Positions 58,244 to 64,000 of a stretch of DNA of 64,000 bases are shown piece after piece. A program made the position numbers and the translations under genes. Numbering within the stretch: position 1 is the stretch's first letter; each line of letters begins with the position of its first letter. The stretch comes from Bdellovibrionota bacterium (GTDB lineage: Bacteria; Bdellovibrionota_C; UBA2361; CALJRW01), in the NCBI GenBank assembly GCA_041740355.1, contig JBGSMD010000013.1, positions 32,001 through 96,000 on the forward strand. The letters are read 5' to 3'. Below the pieces are notes generated by a model. It worked only from the letters and a program-made list of their open reading frames with translations. It was not told where the DNA came from and searched no databases.

Positions 58244-59939
58244 GAGCAGATATAGTCTGGACGTTAAATTTAAATTCTAAAATATCATTCTGATAAGAAC
58301 TATCTCCAAAGACTACTAAGTTCTTTAGCTCTTCTAGTTTTTTATAAAAGGAATCAACTTGAGTGCTTTGATCTGGAGGAATAAACATTGCCATCATACT
58401 TCTAAAACTTTGTGCAACACGATACAACTTTGCATAGTCTAAATAGAAGCTAGTAATAGCATTTTTTGGTGCAAACTTTAAGTTTGAATCCAAAGAGCCA
58501 AGTAAGGTAGCAGTAGGAGTAATTAACTCTTTTAGTGCAGTTTCAGATGTTCCAATCCTAACTTGCTCTGGGGTAGTATTTATATACAACCCGATACCAA
58601 AGGGTGTAACCATATACTCTACTGGTTGTTCTGCAATCAACTTTTCTTGCCATTGCATGTTACCCAACCCAGCATTCTTTTGGCTTGTAATCAGGCTTTT
58701 TAGTAAGGCTATCTTTTCCGTAGCATTGGTCATTGGTAATGTTAACTGTAAGTCTGGAAAACCAGTAATGTTAAAATTAGTTAATGCAATTCCTAACTCT
58801 CCACTGGCTGGAATATAATCAGCAACTTCAGTTAAAGTTTTAGTTTGCATAACGTTTTGTGGATCAGCAATATCTGTTTTAATAAAATTTAAAACATTTT
58901 TTACAAACCCCAAATTTAAGTTAAATCCAAAAAATGTACTTGCCGAAAAAGTTTCCCAAGCTTTGGATGAGCCATTAGCAAATGCACCTTGCAAATTCGT
59001 TGGAAGGGAAGCAATTGGTAAATGAAAACTTAGTTTAGTTTCTGGAACTTGATCGTAATCACTAGTAAATAATGCTTGTCTTGGAATTAAATTAAGCATT
59101 TGCTTGTACTTAGGATTTATTAATCCAACACCAGGAATAAGCTGTAAAATCTTCTCAAAGTTAGCTACTGCAAAAACAATTGGCTGACCAGAAACATGAT
59201 CTAAAAGCTCTTTAGGTAAGCTTGTTTTTAGATCATATTTATCTTCTTGTTCAATAAATAATCTGCTAGCAGAAGTTTGTGAAGTACTTAACGCTAAGTA
59301 ATTATCATTTGCTAGGATGTGCAACTGAGTGCCTGTATCTGGTACATCAAAAGTTTTTACTAGTGAGGCAGTCTTTGAATCAGCATTTACTGTGCTTGGG
59401 GTTAGTCCTACTTTTGTAAACTCTTCAGTAATTTTCTCAAAATTATTTGAAAAAAACTTCTTTTCTTTGGAATAGGCAAAGGCATTAAAACTAAAGTCTT
59501 GAACAGTATTTCCGGCTATAAAAAATAGGTAATTGCTGACGCGATCTTCAGACTGTCGATAAAGACTTAGAGGGTTTTGACCAGTTTGGTCTGAAAACTT
59601 TGAAAAAATTTCTGTGACCATTTTATCCTTTCCCTGCATCTTAGGATTTTTAAGGCTCTTACTTAAGTTTTCCAAGACATTGCCATACTTAGCAAAAGGA
59701 CTTTTTAAAAAAGTTTGATATTTAGGGTTTTCTAAGTCAACAAATCCATAAAGTAGAGTGTTGTTTGGTAACTTAGCTAGCAAAGCTTGGTCCTCGACGG
59801 AAGGCTGGAGTAAGTTAACAACTTTATCTTTTAAATTAGAAGAGTTGTTACTGTCTTCAGTTTTTTTCTTCCCACAAGCATTTAAAGCTAATATAATGAA
59901 AATAAGAAGGAAGATTGTCGCAGAATTAAGCCTTTTCAT
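58215..59939 (-). CDS. Hypothetical lipoprotein
   Basis: Lipobox LNAC, 574-aa ORF. Confidence 0.75.
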   Translation of the reverse strand: MKRLNSATIFLLIFIILALNACGKKKTEDSNNSSNLKDKVVNLLQPSVEDQALLAKLPNNTLLYGFVDLENPKYQTFLKSPFAKYGNVLENLSKSLKNPKMQGKDKMVTEIFSKFSDQTGQNPLSLYRQSEDRVSNYLFFIAGNTVQDFSFNAFAYSKEKKFFSNNFEKITEEFTKVGLTPSTVNADSKTASLVKTFDVPDTGTQLHILANDNYLALSTSQTSASRLFIEQEDKYDLKTSLPKELLDHVSGQPIVFAVANFEKILQLIPGVGLINPKYKQMLNLIPRQALFTSDYDQVPETKLSFHLPIASLPTNLQGAFANGSSKAWETFSASTFFGFNLNLGFVKNVLNFIKTDIADPQNVMQTKTLTEVADYIPASGELGIALTNFNITGFPDLQLTLPMTNATEKIALLKSLITSQKNAGLGNMQWQEKLIAEQPVEYMVTPFGIGLYINTTPEQVRIGTSETALKELITPTATLLGSLDSNLKFAPKNAITSFYLDYAKLYRVAQSFRSMMAMFIPPDQSTQVDSFYKKLEELKNLVVFGDSSYQNDILEFKFNVQTISAPTPAMAPQG

Positions 59940-60159
59940 GAATTTGTTTAAATAAAATAGTCAGTTGGAAGCATCCTAACTATAATTACTTAGCATTGTC
60001 AAAGATAAATAATGTTCGGTAAGAAGGTGGGCGAGCAAAATAATGGCTCAAGCATTTTTTGCCATGTAAAATGCACTAAACCCTCTTTCTTATATTTGTT
60101 ATCTTCAAAAATAATAAGTAAAGGCTTTAATTCTCAACAAAGTTACAACGAAGTAAATT

Positions 60160-61362
60160 ATGCAACGTCGACCAAGAAATCCTCAAGAGAAAGCAATCTT
60201 AAATAAAAAACCCTGGTCAACTAGAGCAGGAGGAATTGGCTTGGTTCTTTCGGGTGGTGGAAGTCGCGCTGCCTATCAAATTGGAGCTCTTAAAGCGCTG
60301 ATTCCCTATTTAGAAAATCAAGAACAGAATCCAATTAAAGTTGTGATTGGTTCAAGTTTAGGTGCAATTAACGGACTCTTGATCAGTGCCTGCTTAAAAG
60401 AAGGTATTGGACATGCAGTTGAAATCACAGAGACGCTCTGGAAGGAACGCACTTTTCGAAATACTTTTGCTGACAGTCCAACGAAATCTTTTTTTAGGGC
60501 AATTAAGGTTGCTTCCATTCAGTACTTAAACCCTGGACCAAACGCCAATACTGAATCTATTTTTAATCCTCGTCCCTTAATGGAGCGAGTTGATCAAGTT
60601 ATCAATGACCATGGTGGATTACATCCAGATAATCGTTATTCACAGTTGGAGTCTGTTGGCGTTATGACTACTATCGAAGGAGAAACAAGACGTCCGCTAC
60701 TATTTGTGAGTTCACATAAAGAATTAGAAGCACCGGCAATGTTGGGCGCTAGTTTTGATGTTTGCTATGTTGATTCACTTCAAGCTAAACATGGATTTGC
60801 TTCGGCAGCACTTCCCTCAGTGTTACCACCAGTCGAGTTGGATACTAAAGATGGCAAGGTTCGTTTAGTAGATGGTGGAATTTCTCAGAATGTCCCTGTT
60901 GATCCAGCTGTACGCATGGGAGCAGAGCGAATTATTTCAATTGATATTTCTGGACGTGACTGGTGGCTAGCTCGACAAAATTCTTCATTAGATACTAGAC
61001 CTTCGTGGGAAGTCGAGGCCCAAGAAAAAACTTTTTGCTTGCGTCCACCAGAAACATTTGTGCTTAGATGTCGTAAGCCACTTGGGGAGCTTCTTAAAAA
61101 TGCTGTTGGTTCTTCTACCGGTAAATTTATCAGTGCAGTCGGACCAATCTGGCCAATCTTTAAAATTCTTAAAAATCGATTAGGTGAAGAGGTAGCCTAT
61201 GAAACTCTATCCTATGTCGCACTTGATCCAGATTATATTCAAGGTCTAATTGAGCGAGGCTATAACGAAACTGTTCATCTTCTCAATAATCGAGTTGAGC
61301 CAGCTTTCCATCATCCTCAAAGTTATAAGCAGTTATTGGAAGAGGTTTATTCCGATTCTTAG
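60160..61362 (+). CDS. Patatin-like phospholipase
   Basis: LSGGGSRA, GSSLG (GxSxG), ASAALP, DGG. Confidence 0.92.
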   Translation: MQRRPRNPQEKAILNKKPWSTRAGGIGLVLSGGGSRAAYQIGALKALIPYLENQEQNPIKVVIGSSLGAINGLLISACLKEGIGHAVEITETLWKERTFRNTFADSPTKSFFRAIKVASIQYLNPGPNANTESIFNPRPLMERVDQVINDHGGLHPDNRYSQLESVGVMTTIEGETRRPLLFVSSHKELEAPAMLGASFDVCYVDSLQAKHGFASAALPSVLPPVELDTKDGKVRLVDGGISQNVPVDPAVRMGAERIISIDISGRDWWLARQNSSLDTRPSWEVEAQEKTFCLRPPETFVLRCRKPLGELLKNAVGSSTGKFISAVGPIWPIFKILKNRLGEEVAYETLSYVALDPDYIQGLIERGYNETVHLLNNRVEPAFHHPQSYKQLLEEVYSDS

Positions 61363-61429
61363 GACCAAATTAGATACTAAAACACAAATCTATTTTTTTA
61401 TTGACTTTTCACATCCTGGCACCAATGGG

Positions 61430-61499
61430 AAATAATAAATAATAAATAATAAATAATAAATAATAAATAATAAATAATAAATAATAAATAATAAATAAT
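61430..61499 (+). repeat. Heptamer microsatellite (AAATAAT)x10
   Basis: Ten perfect units counted directly. Confidence 0.97.
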
Positions 61500-61672
61500 T
61501 AAAATTAGTAACAATAGATAGTTGTAGAGTTGTTTACATTTTTGTTGGTATAGCTCAACTAACTGAAATAACAATATGACTAATGTTGACTAGGGGACAT
61601 GCAGAGTTTAATCTTAGCAAGATGTCGATTGATTAAGTTAGGTGACGATAAGTCGATAGCTATAAGTTATCC
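61491..61672 (+). mobile_element. Integron platform copy L: cassette promoter + attI-like site, crossover G/TT at 61666
   Basis: Ungapped match to 63841-64000 upstream of intI; internal repeats GTCGATTGATTAAGTT / GTCGATAGCTATAAGTT; the cassette starts at the last GTT. Confidence 0.8.
61586..61614 (+). promoter_or_regulatory. Pc-like sigma70 promoter, copy L
   Basis: TTGACT-N17-TAATCT; both hexamers and the spacing are conserved at 63936-63964. Confidence 0.7.
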
Positions 61673-61689
61673 GACTAAATAATATTCCG

Positions 61690-61989
61690 ATGGACAAAGA
61701 TGAAATCAATTTAATTGTTGAACTGGTAAACGCCATAAAGTCCGCAATCCAGCAGACTAAACAATTGTCGGATACTTGTCCCGCGTTTCCATTGTGGCCG
61801 AGTATTAATGAGCAATTGGAGCTTCTTAATGTACATTTAGAGCAAGGACTAAAACCTGATATCGAAACCCTTCAACGTATCGACATCGGCTTGATAGCGG
61901 CTCGTGAACTTGAATTTGATTTTCCTGACTACGCTGAATTGCTGGAAAGTATCGATTATGCAGTTTCTCGTTGGGATGAGCTAAAGTAG
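61690..61989 (+). CDS. Cassette gene, Tsi6-like immunity protein
   Basis: P.FP...SI..QLE....IGLIAARELE...PDYAELL..IDY pattern; lies between the attI-like GTT and attC. Confidence 0.6.
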   Translation: MDKDEINLIVELVNAIKSAIQQTKQLSDTCPAFPLWPSINEQLELLNVHLEQGLKPDIETLQRIDIGLIAARELEFDFPDYAELLESIDYAVSRWDELK

Positions 61990-61997
61990 GAACTGTC

Positions 61998-62083
61998 GGA
62001 TAACAAATCGCGCGACTCGGACGCGACGAAGTGATATAATTTAATTGAAGTGGATCGGCCCGCCGGTCCGCGAAACGTTATTT
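61998..62083 (+). mobile_element. attC site (86 bp)
   Basis: Inverse core GGATAAC and core GTTATTT. Arms TCGCG[C]GAC[T]CGG / CCGGTCCGCGA with extrahelical bases. GTCGGATAAC (61995-62004) is the exact reverse complement of the cassette start GTTATCCGAC (61666-61675). Confidence 0.9.
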
Positions 62084-62091
62084 TTGATATG

Positions 62092-62610
62092 TCAGTTAGT
62101 TTCATTTTTAAAGAAACCGATCCGTCGCTTTGTAAGTTCCATAGGCTTTTCAAGTTCAGAAATTAGAAAACGAATTTCTTTCAATTCTTGCTCGTATTGT
62201 GAAAAACCACTAACCAAGCGACGTTCGATATCTTGAAGTCGTCTCTTCATTTCAGTATGCTCAGAAAAGATTGCCCGCATTTTTATAAATGTTCTTACAA
62301 GCAGAATACTGGCATCAATAGCAATTTGACTATTTAAAATATTTGCTACCATTACGGCTCCATGTTCAGTAAAAGCATAAGGATTCGTTCTTCGCATGCT
62401 CCAATTTGCGGTCGCAAATTGCGACCGCAAATTGCTAACCTCCTGATCTTCCAGTTGAAACATGAAGTCATCAGGAAACCTTCTCTTGTTTCGCTTAACT
62501 TGCTCATTAAGTCTTTTTGGAGAAACTCCATAGAGGGAGGCAAGATCAAAATCTAATATGACTCTGCCTCCACGTAAAGTAAATATGATAGTCTCTAGTT
62601 CTATTGGCAT
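62092..62610 (-). CDS. ORF6N-domain DNA-binding protein
   Basis: IFTLRG.RVILD.DLA.LYGV...RLNEQVKRN..RFP.DFMFQL, PYAFTEHG, C-terminal RRIGF. Confidence 0.92.
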   Translation of the reverse strand: MPIELETIIFTLRGGRVILDFDLASLYGVSPKRLNEQVKRNKRRFPDDFMFQLEDQEVSNLRSQFATANWSMRRTNPYAFTEHGAVMVANILNSQIAIDASILLVRTFIKMRAIFSEHTEMKRRLQDIERRLVSGFSQYEQELKEIRFLISELEKPMELTKRRIGFFKNETN

Positions 62611-62793
62611 AAAAATTATTTACTCTTTTTATCGAGAATTTCTATAATTAATTGCCTAGAAGATTAAATAATTAAATGTTTTTAATGTTTCACAAGCGAG
62701 GAAAGTTGCCAGAATTTAAAGTAAATAATTTCTTATCGGCTAGATCTTTTTTCAAGCGGAGTCAGGCTGACAGCCATATTATTTGGCCTGTTA

Positions 62794-63783
62794 TCAAATT
62801 ATATTTAGATCGTTAGCAATTATATCAAGTGGACTTCTAGTGCCCACTCCTTTTTCTTTCGTAACATGAGTGTAAATCATAGTAGTCTTAACACTGCTAT
62901 GACCTAGAAGGACTTGGACTGTTCTGATGTCACTGCCAGATTCCAATAAATGAGTAGCAAAAGAATGGCGAAAGGTATGGCAGGTCACTTTTTTGTTAAT
63001 ACCAGCTTCATTTACAGCACGTGATAGTGATTTTTGTAGGATTGATGGATATAAGTGCCACCTGCTTATTTTTCCAGTTCTTGGATCTTTAGAGAGATTT
63101 TTCGAAGGGAACAAATATTGCCATTTAAATTCTTTACCAGCACTTGGAGATTTCCGATCTAAAGCATTGGGCAAAGAAATTCGACCATAGCCATTTTTTA
63201 AATCAACCTCATGGATCTTTTTAGATCTTAAGACCTGCTCTTGGAGATGTAACTTTAAAAAAAGGGGGAGGGGAATCGATCGATCTTTATTGCCCTTTCC
63301 TTGCCTAACGATAACTAGATTATTATCAAAATCTAAGTCTTTAATTCTTAGCTCCAATGCTTCTGCTAATCTCATTCCGGTTCCATATAGCAAGTAGGCA
63401 ATTAACCATTGTATCCCATTTAGTGCCCCAAGGATCTTTTTAATCTCTGAAATACTTAACACCACAGGCAAAAATTTAGTTTCCTTTGCTCGTATTAGTC
63501 CTTGAAATTCTCCGGGTTCTTTCTCCAGTCCTTTTTTGTATAAGAAGACCAAAGCGTTAAGCGCTTGGTTTTGCGTTGACGCGGAAACATTTCTATAAGT
63601 AGCTAAATAACTTAGAAACTCAGTTATCTCAGACGCACCCATCTGTCTGGGATGTTTGCCCTGATGAAATTGAATAAATTTTTTTACCCAGTGAACGTAG
63701 CTTTTTTCAGTCACATAGCTTAAGTGAAGGAGTCTAGCCCTCTCCCGCATAACTTGAAGTAAGCCTTTAGGTTTATCATTCAT
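62794..63783 (-). CDS. intI: Integron integrase
   Basis: VSASTQNQALNAL, YGTGMR, GKGNKDR, IntI-specific patch LPNALDRK.P...W.WQYLFPS...S.DPR...RWH, HTFRHSFATHLL, LLGH..V.TT.IYTHV. Confidence 0.97.
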   Translation of the reverse strand: MNDKPKGLLQVMRERARLLHLSYVTEKSYVHWVKKFIQFHQGKHPRQMGASEITEFLSYLATYRNVSASTQNQALNALVFLYKKGLEKEPGEFQGLIRAKETKFLPVVLSISEIKKILGALNGIQWLIAYLLYGTGMRLAEALELRIKDLDFDNNLVIVRQGKGNKDRSIPLPLFLKLHLQEQVLRSKKIHEVDLKNGYGRISLPNALDRKSPSAGKEFKWQYLFPSKNLSKDPRTGKISRWHLYPSILQKSLSRAVNEAGINKKVTCHTFRHSFATHLLESGSDIRTVQVLLGHSSVKTTMIYTHVTKEKGVGTRSPLDIIANDLNII

Positions 63784-63840
63784 GCAAATTCATAAATTGC
63801 ATACTAATCGCTTATTTATATGAGAAGTTTTTTAAAATTT

Positions 63841-64000
63841 ATAAATAATTAAAATTAGTCGAGATCGATAAATGTAGAGTTGTCTACATTTTTGACGGCC
63901 TAGCTTAACTAACGGAAATGACAATATAATTAATGTTGACTAGGGGATATGTAGAGTTTAATCTTAAGAAGATGTCGATTGATTAAGTTAGGTGACGATA
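63841..64000 (+). mobile_element. Integron platform copy R (canonical position upstream of intI), truncated by the window edge
   Basis: Divergent from intI; Pc-like TTGACT-N17-TAATCT at 63936-63964; by alignment to copy L the crossover GTT would fall at about 64016, outside the window. Confidence 0.75.

Noticed and set aside
4168-63190. Short ORFs overlapping or antisense to well-supported genes (e.g. 6077..6481, 11273..11584, 12114..12527, 37700..38068, 50056..50277, 62045..62236)
   Set aside because: Shadow frames with no recognisable motifs.

Overview
AT-rich chromosomal segment of a diderm, LPS-producing bacterium (kdsD, lpxL-like, TonB-dependent receptor). A Bdellovibrionota/'deltaproteobacterial'-type lineage is my inference, from the trmD + DUF2168-like pair, the pilin style and the Zur-box shape. 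Most of the window is housekeeping and envelope genes: a CsoR-controlled metal-efflux cluster, ppc, a znuD-like receptor with zur, nhaA, glyA, mutM, a minor-pilin cluster, an orphan N6-methyltransferase, trmB, metK, malic enzyme, uppP, rpsP-trmD, ffh and a wzt-wzm-glycosyltransferase operon. Three things stand out. (1) At the right end is an integron whose intI is bracketed by two direct copies of its promoter/attI platform (61491-61650 and 63841-64000, 21 mismatches in 160 bp). The left copy has no integrase of its own but carries a complete cassette with a Tsi6-like gene and an attC. intI plus an ORF6N gene therefore sit where a second cassette would be. (2) The intergenic DNA holds at least five families of dispersed, partly nested repeats, including a G-rich repeat-spacer-repeat unit, and the window has an apparently intact RAYT-like HUH nuclease gene with no flanking REPs. 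(3) Several proteins look divergent or repurposed: a CmoB homologue with WRQGP in place of WRKGP inside a glycan-export operon, a degenerate flagellin-like ORF and a leaderless pilin-like ORF. I recognised no rRNA, tRNA or CRISPR-cas. All family assignments are from motif recognition by eye; no searches were run.
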